The notes under the pieces are model-generated. The model saw only the letters and a list, made by a program, of their open reading frames with translations. It was not told the DNA's origin and searched no databases. 32,000 nt of DNA, from assembly GCF_036323395.1 (NCBI RefSeq), contig NZ_AP028907.1, positions 1,410,001-1,442,000 of the forward strand, in the 5' to 3' direction. This DNA is from Pyrodictium abyssi (GTDB lineage Archaea > Thermoproteota > Thermoprotei_A > Sulfolobales > Pyrodictiaceae). Made by a program: the position numbers and the translations under genes. Shown here piece by piece: positions 1 through 8,026 of the stretch; the first letter of the stretch is position 1; every line of letters starts with the position of its first letter.

Positions 1-256
1 GGATATTTTTACATGCTCCGATCCGGCTGACATGGATACGGTCTCCTCTTACGTCTAGGGGCGCGCTTACGCGCTAGACAGATGAAGCTACTGCGAAAGG
101 CGGTTATTAAGACTTGCCCTAGTCTGTGTCTCCTCTATTGCCCCGGCGGCTGAAGCCAAGCTGGTATATCTCCGGCTGCCCGTATAGGAATCTGGCCGGG
201 GGCTGTGTGGAGGCTGGCCTGTCCCGAGGCCGCCGGGTTGGCCGCTGTGGAGCCCC

Positions 257-691
257 TCAGGGAGCGGCGTCCGAGCCCCGGTTCTCCTCTATGTGGCTGG
301 CGGTGAAGGCGTAGGGTAGTAGCTCGCCGAGCCTCCATGACCGCCTCCGCCCAGTCTTGGTGGAGACCGATACTACTAGGGTCTCTGGGTCCCCGAACTC
401 GGCTAGGACCTGGCGGCAGGCGCCGCAGGGCGGGAGCGGCTCCGGGGTATCGGCTACTATGGCTACCCTGGCTATGCGACGGCGGCCCGCTGCCACCATT
501 GCCGCGACTGCTGCTCTCTCGGCACATATGGTCAGCCCGTAGCTAGCGTTCTCCACGTTGACCCCAGTGTACACTGTGCCGTCGTCGGCCTCGACGGCTG
601 CCGCTACATGCACGTTGCTGTAGGGCGCATAGCTGTTACGATGAACGCTCATGGCCTTCTCTACTAGCTTCTCGATGCCCGGGTCCTGCAC
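257..691 (-). CDS. cdd: cytidine deaminase
   Basis: Contains NVENASYGLTICAERAAV and PCGACRQVLAEF, the HAE/CAE and PCxxC zinc motifs of cytidine deaminase. Confidence 0.93.
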   Translation of the reverse strand: MQDPGIEKLVEKAMSVHRNSYAPYSNVHVAAAVEADDGTVYTGVNVENASYGLTICAERAAVAAMVAAGRRRIARVAIVADTPEPLPPCGACRQVLAEFGDPETLVVSVSTKTGRRRSWRLGELLPYAFTASHIEENRGSDAAP

Positions 692-807
692 GCTTTCTCG
701 CCCTCGTGTGTCCGGCTAGGGGTGGGCCCCGGGGTATCTCGGCTGCTACGAGGGGTTCAAAGAGGTCCGGGATATGGCCCCGGTAGAGCGGGGGCTAGAG
801 AGGCGCC

Positions 808-2262
808 TTGTCCAGCGACGGGCTGAGGACCGTTATAGGGCTCGAGGTTCACGTACAGCTAACGAGTCTCCGGACTAAGCTGTTCTGCAGCTGCAGCGCC
901 GACTACCGCGGGGCGCCGCCCAACACCCATGTCTGTCCGGTCTGTCTCGGGCTCCCCGGCGCCCTGCCCGTGGTGAACGAGGAGGCTGTCCGGAAGGCTA
1001 TCCAGGTCTGCCTCGCCGTGAATGGACATGTCGCCAGGCTTCTCCGGTTCGACCGTAAGCACTACTTCTACCCCGACCTGCCCAAGAACTACCAGATAAC
1101 CCAGTACCTTGAGCCGATATGCACTGGCGGCTACATAGAGGTAGAGACGCCGGAGGGCCCTAAGAGGATAAGGCTGAGACGAATCAACATCGAGGAGGAC
1201 CCGGGCAGGATTGTCTACCCTGGCGGCGGGCCGCTCACGAGCCCCTATGTGCTGGTCGACTACAACCGGAGCGGCGTCGCGCTCCTAGAGATAGTCACCG
1301 AGCCCGACATAGGCTCGCCAGAGGAGGCTGTAGCGTTCCTCGAGAAGCTCCGGAGTATCCTGGAACACCTGGGTGTCTGCGACTGCGGCCTCGAGGGCGC
1401 TATGCGCGTCGACGCTAACGTGAGCGTTGAGGGCGGTGAGCGCGTCGAGGTAAAGAACATAGGCAGCTTCCACGAGGTGAAGCGGGCGCTAGCCTACGAG
1501 ATCACTAGGCAGCGCGACCTACTGTTGAAGGGCAAGCCGGTGCGGCGGGAGACCCGCCACTGGGACCCGATACGCAAAGTCACGCTCCCGGCTAGGGTGA
1601 AAGAGACCGAGGAAGACTACCGCTACATGCCGGACCCCAACCTGCCGCCGGTGCCCATACCCAGGAGCCTTGTCGAGGAGCTGCGGGAGACGCTGCCAGA
1701 GCTGCCTGACGCGCGCGCTAAGAGGCTCGAGCGCGAGTACGGCCTCCGCCCCCAGGTGGCGAGGGTCCTGGTTACCAGGAAGGTTCTCGCCGACTTCTTC
1801 GAGGACGCCGCAAAGCTGTACCAGGGAAGCTACGAGAGGATGGCTAACTACCTGGTCAACGACCTGCTTAACTGGCTTAAGGACGACGACCTGGCAGGGC
1901 TCTACGAGAGGGTGAAGCCGGAGCACCTGGCGAAGCTGATGAAGCTCCTAGACTCCGGCGTTATAAGCATAAGGCAGGCAAAGGAGATGGCCGAGCACAT
2001 AGCCAAGCGCGGCGTCGACCCGGAGAAGCTTGTGGACGAGCTCGGGTTCCGCCGTATAGCGGACCCGGAGAAGCTCCGGCCGATAGTGGAGGAGGTGTTC
2101 CAGGAGAACCCTAAGGCTGTCGAGGACGCGCTCCGGAACCCCAAGGCTGTGAACTTCCTGGTAGGGATGGTTATGAGGAAGACGAGGGGGCGTGCGGACC
2201 CCGCGGTGGCGAGGAGGCTCGTAGTGGAGAAGCTTGACGAGATACGGGAGGCGGGGGCCTAG
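808..2262 (+). CDS. gatB: Asp-tRNA(Asn)/Glu-tRNA(Gln) amidotransferase subunit B
   Basis: GLEVHVQL...TKLFCSC, CPVCLGLPGALPV, YFYPDLPKNYQI, RMPDPNLPP-type signature; full length 484 aa with C-terminal YqeY-like tail. Confidence 0.96.
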   Translation: MSSDGLRTVIGLEVHVQLTSLRTKLFCSCSADYRGAPPNTHVCPVCLGLPGALPVVNEEAVRKAIQVCLAVNGHVARLLRFDRKHYFYPDLPKNYQITQYLEPICTGGYIEVETPEGPKRIRLRRINIEEDPGRIVYPGGGPLTSPYVLVDYNRSGVALLEIVTEPDIGSPEEAVAFLEKLRSILEHLGVCDCGLEGAMRVDANVSVEGGERVEVKNIGSFHEVKRALAYEITRQRDLLLKGKPVRRETRHWDPIRKVTLPARVKETEEDYRYMPDPNLPPVPIPRSLVEELRETLPELPDARAKRLEREYGLRPQVARVLVTRKVLADFFEDAAKLYQGSYERMANYLVNDLLNWLKDDDLAGLYERVKPEHLAKLMKLLDSGVISIRQAKEMAEHIAKRGVDPEKLVDELGFRRIADPEKLRPIVEEVFQENPKAVEDALRNPKAVNFLVGMVMRKTRGRADPAVARRLVVEKLDEIREAGA

Positions 2263-2708
2263 AGGCCTAGTCTTACTGCCTCCACGTCTATGCTCTTTGC
2301 GTAGCGCTCCGCGTCGTAGCTGAACTGGTAGGCGGCTGCTACTGGGACGACCTCTGTGTTCTCCAGCTTCTCGGCCAGCTCGCCCGCCTCGTCGACCAGC
2401 ACGTCTATGTCGCCCACGTCCATGTAGGGCTTCGCGTAGAGGTAGAACGCCACCCCTTCGAACGCTACCAGCGCGCGGGCGTAGGGTATGTCGTCCACAC
2501 CGTAGTCCTCGACTATGCGGAGCAGCCGGGCCCCCTCGAGCCTGCCGCCGAGCACGAACGCTTCGACCACGGTCCTCACGTCGGCCATGAAGCGTATGAG
2601 GCTAGGGCCCCGGGCCCCCGTAGCCTCTGCTGCCGGTGCCTCGAAGAGGCTGTGGGCCAGGCTCTCTAGCCCTATGGGCTCCTCTACTACTAGGCTCACG
2701 CGTCCCAC
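2259..2708 (-). CDS. hypothetical protein, possibly nucleotidyltransferase-like (contains GDIDVLVD)
   Basis: 149-aa ORF; weak GDxDVLV motif; fits between same-strand gcvT and convergent gatB. Confidence 0.5.
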   Translation of the reverse strand: MGRVSLVVEEPIGLESLAHSLFEAPAAEATGARGPSLIRFMADVRTVVEAFVLGGRLEGARLLRIVEDYGVDDIPYARALVAFEGVAFYLYAKPYMDVGDIDVLVDEAGELAEKLENTEVVPVAAAYQFSYDAERYAKSIDVEAVRLGL

Positions 2709-2910
2709 CCGAACACAGTATTCGTGTCCGTGGCGGGGGTTTAGCCCGAGGGGGTAGTGTAGAACCGGGTATCAACCCTGCATAGCGGGCGTCTGGGTCG
2801 CTGCTAGACCCGGGGCCCTAGCTCGTGTCATCCGGGTTATACCCGGGTATCACCTGGCCATGTCGTACCCAGAGCCGCCGACACGTGGAATAGAAAACCG
2901 GCGGAGCGGG

Positions 2911-4047
2911 CTAGGCTGGTGGGCTTGAGCTTGGCTGCACTAGGGGGAAGTCCACTATCTTCGCCTTGTAGCGCTTGCCGCGCCTCTCTATCTCCACGCT
3001 GAGGCCCATCAGGGCGTGACTCGGCTTTATGTAGGCCTGTGCTAGGCTCCGCTTCAGCACGGGGCTGTAGGCTCCACTGGTAACGTAGCCTATCTCGACG
3101 TCGTCTATGTAGACCTTGTCTCCCTGCCGCGGCACTATGCGGGCCTTCTTGCCGAGCTTAAGGCCTACACGGACCCTGGCTGCTCCACGGCGTAGCGCCT
3201 CTCGGAGTGCCTGGCAGCCTACGCAGTCCTGCTTGGGGCCGGGCTGGAATACCCACCAGTACCTGGCTTCCACTGGCGTGGTCTCCTCGTCTATCTCGTG
3301 GCCGTATAGTACGAAGCCTACCTCCATGCGTAGGCTGTCGCGCGCACCCAGCCCACAGAGCCGGCCATCAAGCTCCTTCAGCAGCTCAGCCGCCTTGAGC
3401 AGTATCTTCTCGCCTTCGCCTGCCTCTGCTATTATCTCGAACCCGTCCTCGCCTGTCCACCCGCTGCGCGATACTATGAGTGCTCGTGCACCTGCTGCTT
3501 CCAGCTCCACGTTGCGGCGGAAGCGGAGCACCTTGAGGTCGAGCATCTCGCTCGGCGCCCCTAGCTTCTTCATGAGTTCTGCCGCGCGGGGCCCTTGGAC
3601 CGCGAAGAGCACCCAGTCCATTGTGTGGTCCTCTACGCGTGCCTGGGCGCCGAGCTTCCCTATCCACTCGTCTAGCCAGCCGCGTATCTTCTCGCGGTTA
3701 ACAGCATTGGGGACGATGAGCCATCCGTCGGCGCCGAGGTTGTAGGTCATCACATCGTCCTTGAAGCCGGCGTGCTCGTTTAGGAACGCCGTCGGGCCCA
3801 CCATCATGCCTTCCTCCGACGTTATGTCGCGGGGTAGTAGGTGGTCTAGGACCCGCGTAGCGTCGCTACCGCTCAGCAGGAGACGGCCCATGTGGCTTAG
3901 GTCGAAGAACCCTACCGTCCTGCGGACGGCAAGGTGCTCCTCCATGACGCTTGTGTAGTTTATCGGCGCCTCCCATCCAGCGAACTCGCCGAACTGCGCG
4001 CCGAGGCTCTTGTGGACGTCGTATAGGGGGATGCGCAGCTTAGCCAA
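2911..4047 (-). CDS. gcvT: aminomethyltransferase (glycine cleavage system T protein)
   Basis: LYDVHKSLGAQFGEFAGWEAPINYTS, RRTVGFFDLSHMGR, SRSGWTGEDGFEI, GLGARDSLRMEVGFVLYGHE. Confidence 0.95.
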   Translation of the reverse strand: MAKLRIPLYDVHKSLGAQFGEFAGWEAPINYTSVMEEHLAVRRTVGFFDLSHMGRLLLSGSDATRVLDHLLPRDITSEEGMMVGPTAFLNEHAGFKDDVMTYNLGADGWLIVPNAVNREKIRGWLDEWIGKLGAQARVEDHTMDWVLFAVQGPRAAELMKKLGAPSEMLDLKVLRFRRNVELEAAGARALIVSRSGWTGEDGFEIIAEAGEGEKILLKAAELLKELDGRLCGLGARDSLRMEVGFVLYGHEIDEETTPVEARYWWVFQPGPKQDCVGCQALREALRRGAARVRVGLKLGKKARIVPRQGDKVYIDDVEIGYVTSGAYSPVLKRSLAQAYIKPSHALMGLSVEIERRGKRYKAKIVDFPLVQPSSSPPA

Positions 4048-4255
4048 GGCCTACTCTACACCGTGTACTCCTGGAGCGCTAGGCACCACATGATAAACCC
4101 ATGCCCGAGGAGGGCTCGGGGAGGGGCCACCTCCCCATACCCCAGCGCCCTCCGGGGGCGCTGGGCGTCCGGGCTAGGGGGATCCCCCAGGCCCCCTCAC
4201 AGCCCAGGCTGAGAGAACTGCATGCTGCCGGATAAAGCGTGAAGCTTCCGGGCGG

Positions 4256-4624
4256 CTAGGCCTCAGCAGCAACCGTTTTGCCCAGGTACAGTAGCCGGCC
4301 ACGACGGCTATCAATGTAGTAGCGCAGCACAGGCTTGCCCACAGCTCTGAGGGGCCTTGGCTTAGCTGAGTCCGCTTCTACTTCTACTAGCTCGTCTACC
4401 GCGTAGGGCATCTCAGCCTCATCTAGCCCTACGCACTCGAGCCCAGCTAGGACTGGGCAGAGCCGGCGGCTCCACCAGCCGCGGGGAGCCGCCACTAGCT
4501 CGTAGCCGCGCGTGTAGGCTATGGCCCTCGCGAGCTCGCCTACTAGGCCTAGGGCACGGCTCGGGGATGCTATGTGCTTGGGACTGGGTAGTAGAAGCCC
4601 GAGCCCGCTACGCTGGAACGTCAA
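4256..4624 (-). CDS. hypothetical protein
   Basis: 122-aa ORF with a TATA-like TTTATACT on the minus strand about 45 nt upstream of its start. Confidence 0.45.
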   Translation of the reverse strand: MTFQRSGLGLLLPSPKHIASPSRALGLVGELARAIAYTRGYELVAAPRGWWSRRLCPVLAGLECVGLDEAEMPYAVDELVEVEADSAKPRPLRAVGKPVLRYYIDSRRGRLLYLGKTVAAEA

Positions 4625-4800
4625 GGCTTGCAGCCCTCATACAAGAGTAGCCCCACTCTTGGCCCAGTATAAACCTTTAGGCCCACCAGCCTCCCACTGC
4701 TACACGGGCCCGACAACTACAAAAGAACCCTGCAAAGCGCTGTGCTAGACAATGGAGGGGCAGCCGGGTCGTCTAGCGGCCAAGGATGCGGGGCTTTGGA

Positions 4801-4840
4801 TAGCGGCCCTCTACCCCCTACCCCGCTTTCCTACCTCGTG
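4801..4840 (+). repeat. intron-terminal inverted repeat, left arm
   Basis: TAGCGGCCCTCTACCCCCTACCCC (4801-4824) and ACCTCGTG (4833-4840) are complementary to 5497-5520 and 5487-5494. Confidence 0.9.
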
Positions 4841-5275
4841 CTGCTCCTAGCCCGTCTTGCCATCTCGCTAGCCACCTTGTAGGAGCCGCCCAGCAAGTCT
4901 AGCCTGTTGAAGATAAACACTCGATACTTGCCTCCATGAAGATAGTAGTTGCAGCTGGCCCCTATCAGGCTACAAACACTCACCACGAGACTTGCTATCT
5001 TCTTTGAGGCTGTAGTTATGGCTACGCGGAAATAACCGCCACGCCTCCGCTCAATGTTTCCATCAGAGTCTATAAGCCCTTCAACGACGCCTATTAGGGC
5101 CTCTAGAGGGACTCCCTCTACGCCTTCCTCAAGAACCCTTGAGATAAACCTAGTCAGCGAGAACACTAGGCATTTACCACACACTGATACGACTACCTCG
5201 CCACCCTGCATAAACACGTTAGCATTGAATCCGAGGGATGCAATCACGTAAACAAGCTCCTTCAAGATCTCCGGA
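4831..5275 (-). pseudogene. LAGLIDADG homing endonuclease, C-terminal part (second motif ALIGVVEGLIDSDGNI), antisense within tRNA intron
   Basis: Frame encodes [21 protein letters not shown]...LIGVVEGLIDSDGNIERRRGGYFRVAITT...; no separate convincing start; continues the adjacent fragment in another frame. Confidence 0.75.
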
Positions 5276-5428
5276 CTCGTGAGGCCCGAGAAAAAGCCTT
5301 ATCCGGTAGTCATAACGCTTTCTATCTATATAGATACTGCCGTCGCCTAGACAGAACCCTGCAAGGTAGCCCCATTTACGCCAACCAACTCTACTAGTTA
5401 GCTCCTCGTAGTCACCACGACACTGCAT
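5219..5428 (-). pseudogene. LAGLIDADG homing endonuclease, N-terminal part (first motif [12 protein letters not shown]), antisense within tRNA intron
   Basis: Probable start ATG at 5428 ([37 protein letters not shown]...); homology-like reading leaves this frame near 5273-5285. Confidence 0.75.
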
Positions 5429-5486
5429 AGGTCCCGAGGAATCGTGTAGAGAACGGTAATAATACAAATAAGCTCCCCAGAGGGAA

Positions 5487-5520
5487 CACGAGGTATGGGG
5501 TAGGGGGTAGGGGGCCGCTA
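5487..5520 (+). repeat. intron-terminal inverted repeat, right arm
   Basis: CACGAGGT..GGGGTAGGGGGTAGGGGGCCGCTA pairs with 4801-4840 (one G-U wobble, one 8/2 internal loop). Confidence 0.9.
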
Positions 5521-5558
5521 GAAGAGCCCCCGTGACCGGGGTTCGAATCCCCGCCCGG

Positions 5559-6323
5559 CTACCATCTCCCTCCAACCCGGCTAGCTCTGCCCCCCTCTAG
5601 CTCCTCTATGAGCGACCCCACTCCGTCTAGCGTGTACTCGCTGGGGTAGAGGGCTTCGGGGTAGCCTAGCTCCTTTAGCTTCTTAGCCGTGGTCGGGCCT
5701 ATGGCTACTGGCTTGAAGCCCGGGCTGCCTGGGCTCGGGTAGTGCTTGGTGAAGGCCTCGGCTATGCTGGGGCTCGTGAACACCACGTAGTCGAACATGT
5801 CGGCTATCCTCGCAGCCGCTGAGGCCATCCGGTCTAGGACAACGACCCGGTATAGAGGGATCTCCACGGCCTCTATTCCGTGGCTCTCTAGGCCGCGTAC
5901 TAGGTCTGGCACAGCCTTCTCGGAGCGGGGTAGCAGGACGCGGCGCGGGCGCAGAGATGCTAGCTCTTCTGCCAGTGCTGCGCCACGGTATTCCCTCGGC
6001 ACGTAGTCCGTGCGGACTCCGTGCTGCTCAAGCACCTGGCGGGTCTTGGGCCCGACCGCTGCTACCCGGATCCTTCCCTGCGTCTGTAACACGCGTATCT
6101 TCTCGAGCAAGCTGGCTAGGAGCCTGGGGGCACGGGGACTCGTGAATACTACCCAGTCGCTCTTCTCGAGTTCTTTCTCCACTTTCTCGGCTGCCCCGGG
6201 TACTGGCTCTACATCGATCACGGGGATGTGGGCTACTACCGCTATCTCGGCGAGCCGGCCGGGCTCTGAGCCGGGCGGGCGTAGGAGGAGGACGTGGGGC
6301 CGCCTGTCTAGCTTAGGCGCCAA
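5559..6323 (-). CDS. hemD: uroporphyrinogen-III synthase
   Basis: [72 protein letters not shown] at 6323 is the likely start; the longer ORF to 6752 is out-of-frame cobA sequence. Confidence 0.88.
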   Translation of the reverse strand: MAPKLDRRPHVLLLRPPGSEPGRLAEIAVVAHIPVIDVEPVPGAAEKVEKELEKSDWVVFTSPRAPRLLASLLEKIRVLQTQGRIRVAAVGPKTRQVLEQHGVRTDYVPREYRGAALAEELASLRPRRVLLPRSEKAVPDLVRGLESHGIEAVEIPLYRVVVLDRMASAAARIADMFDYVVFTSPSIAEAFTKHYPSPGSPGFKPVAIGPTTAKKLKELGYPEALYPSEYTLDGVGSLIEELEGGRASRVGGRW

Positions 6324-7066
6324 AGCTTGTCCCTCAGCTCCACCGTGTGGCCGAAGATTATGAGCGCTGGAGGCTGTACACCTGCCCGACGGGCTTTCTC
6401 GACGATGTCCCGTAGCCTGCCTGCCACCACCCGCTGCTCTGGGGTCGTGGCTTTCTCGACTATTGCTACTGGGAGGTCGGGGTCTACGCCCTCCTCTAGC
6501 ATCTCTCTCACTATGTTCTCTAGGTTGCCTACACCCATTACCACTACTAGTGTATCCACCGTCTTCATTATTTTGCCGTAGTGCACCATTTTCCTGTCCT
6601 TGTCGGGAGCCTCCCTGCCCGTGGCTACCGCGAAGCTCGACGCTATGCCGCGGCTGGTGACTGGTATACCCGCGTAGGCCGCGCCCGCGATTGCACTGGT
6701 CAGGCCGGGGACAACTTCGCACTCTACTCCGTGCTCGCGGAGGTAGATGCACTCCTCTTCGCCACGTCCAAAGACGTAGGGGTCGCCGCCGTGAAGGCGT
6801 ACAACCTTTTTGCCTTCACACGCCTTCTCCAGAAGCAGCTGGTTGATCTCCTCCTGGGTCATCGTGTGTGCGCCGGGCTTCTTACCAGCGTAGATAAGCT
6901 CTGCCCCGGGCTTAGCGTAGTCTAGCAGCTCTTTCGCAACTAGCCGGTCGTATACTATGACGTCGGCTTGTTGTATGAGGCGTAGCCCCTTCACCGTTAT
7001 AAGCTCGGGGTCACCAGGCCCGGCGCCGACTACGTATACGCGTCCCCCTCTACACTCTCTGACCAA
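6308..7066 (-). CDS. cobA: uroporphyrinogen-III C-methyltransferase (SUMT)
   Basis: VYVVGAGPGDPELITVKGLRLIQQADVIVYDRLV, VVRLHGGDPYVFGRGEEE, VVPGLTSAIAGAAYAGIPVTSRG. Confidence 0.96.
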   Translation of the reverse strand: MVRECRGGRVYVVGAGPGDPELITVKGLRLIQQADVIVYDRLVAKELLDYAKPGAELIYAGKKPGAHTMTQEEINQLLLEKACEGKKVVRLHGGDPYVFGRGEEECIYLREHGVECEVVPGLTSAIAGAAYAGIPVTSRGIASSFAVATGREAPDKDRKMVHYGKIMKTVDTLVVVMGVGNLENIVREMLEEGVDPDLPVAIVEKATTPEQRVVAGRLRDIVEKARRAGVQPPALIIFGHTVELRDKLWRLS

Positions 7067-7117
7067 AACTGGCCAGCACCCCGCTCCTAGGACTCTAGGA
7101 CCCCCGGGACAGGAGGG

Positions 7118-8026
7118 CTAGAGAGTGATACCCGCCGAGGCTGCTTTGGCCCTTAGCTCTAGGGCGGCGTCTATGCCGAGCTGTGCCGGCCTCTCCGGGT
7201 CGCCCTCCACGGTGACGTCTACCCTCTTGCTGCCGTCCGGCGACGCTACTGCAGCGTGTATGTAGAGTATGCCTTTTTCTATCCAGGCGTAGGCTCCTAG
7301 CGGGGTGTGGCAGCCGCCTCCCGCGTATGCTAGGAAGGCTCTCTCAGCCCTAGCCATTGTCATGGCTTCTTCGTCGGTCGCGTCCTCGAGCAGCGGTAGT
7401 ATGTCGCCGCGGCTGTATAGGGTGTAGACTCCTAGTATCCCCTGGCCAGGCGCTGGAGGCAGTACGTCGGGCGGTATACGCCAGTACTCTATGTCTAGGC
7501 CTAGCCGCTGGAGCCCTGCTTCAGCGAGTATTATGGCATCGTACATTCCCTGCTGTAGCTTGCGCAGCCTCGTGTCAACGTTGCCGCGCAGCGGCTTGAA
7601 CACGAGGTCGCTGCGGACCCGCTTCAGCATGGCGACACGCCGGGCGCTCGACGAGCCGACTACTGCGCCGGCTGGTAGGTCCCATATCGTTTTGGGGCTC
7701 CCGCGGGTGACAAGCACGTCGAAGGGCGAGGCTCGGGGCGGCGTCATTGCTAGTACGAGGCCGGGGCTAACCTCACTCGGCACGTCCTTGAGGCTGTGTA
7801 CTGCTATGTCTGCCCGGCCTTCTAGTACTGCTAGGTTTACCTCCTTCTCGAATAGCCCCTTACCGCCTATCATCGTGAAGGGCTTGTCCTGGTGTATATC
7901 ACCTCGTGTCTTGACTATTACTAGCTCGAACTCTACCTCGGGGTGCCGCTTCCTGATCTCGTTGAGCGCGAGCTGGGTCTGGGCCAGGCTTAGCTTGCTA
8001 CCTCGGGTCGCTACTCGTATCTTCAT
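7118..8026 (-). CDS. hemC: porphobilinogen deaminase (hydroxymethylbilane synthase)
   Basis: IRVATRGSKLSLAQT, KGLFEKE, DIAVHSLKDVP, GSSSARRVAML, RGNVDTRLRKL, GGGCHTPLGAYA. Confidence 0.97.
   Translation of the reverse strand: MKIRVATRGSKLSLAQTQLALNEIRKRHPEVEFELVIVKTRGDIHQDKPFTMIGGKGLFEKEVNLAVLEGRADIAVHSLKDVPSEVSPGLVLAMTPPRASPFDVLVTRGSPKTIWDLPAGAVVGSSSARRVAMLKRVRSDLVFKPLRGNVDTRLRKLQQGMYDAIILAEAGLQRLGLDIEYWRIPPDVLPPAPGQGILGVYTLYSRGDILPLLEDATDEEAMTMARAERAFLAYAGGGCHTPLGAYAWIEKGILYIHAAVASPDGSKRVDVTVEGDPERPAQLGIDAALELRAKAASAGITL

Larger units (their letters stand above)
4800..5526 (+). other. 727-nt archaeal tRNA intron at canonical position 37/38
   Basis: Bulge-helix-bulge: 4794-4797 CTTT pairs 5521-5524 GAAG; 3-nt bulges 4798-4800 (GG|A) and 5525-5527 (AG|C) give the cleavage sites; intron helix starts T4801-A5520. 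Confidence 0.9.
4762..5564 (+). tRNA. tRNA-Gln (anticodon TTG), intron-containing, CCA encoded
   Basis: Exon 1 4762-4799: acceptor AGCCGGG, D arm, anticodon stem CGGGG, CT-TTG-G. Exon 2 5527-5564: C, CCCCG, TGAC, T arm CGGGG-TTCGAAT-CCCCG, acceptor CCCGGCT, A, CCA. All stems pair. Confidence 0.93.

Noticed and set aside
2740-2830. Possible tRNA (GGGGGTAGTGTAGAACCGGGTATCAACCC resembles a D arm)
   Set aside because: No anticodon stem-loop with a 7-nt loop, and no TTCRANT T loop or acceptor partner downstream.
3116-3745. 209-aa plus-strand ORF
   Set aside because: Antisense to gcvT, Ser/Pro-rich with no domain pattern.
5429-5575. Upstream part of ORF 5219-5575 as coding
   Set aside because: Covers the tRNA 3' exon, the intron stem and the putative antisense promoter; Met at 5428 is a more plausible start.
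6324-6752. N-terminal extension of the 397-aa ORF 5559-6752
   Set aside because: Low-complexity Arg/Gly/Ser-rich translation that lies out of frame across cobA; homology to HemD starts only near [18 protein letters not shown], so TTG 6323 is preferred.
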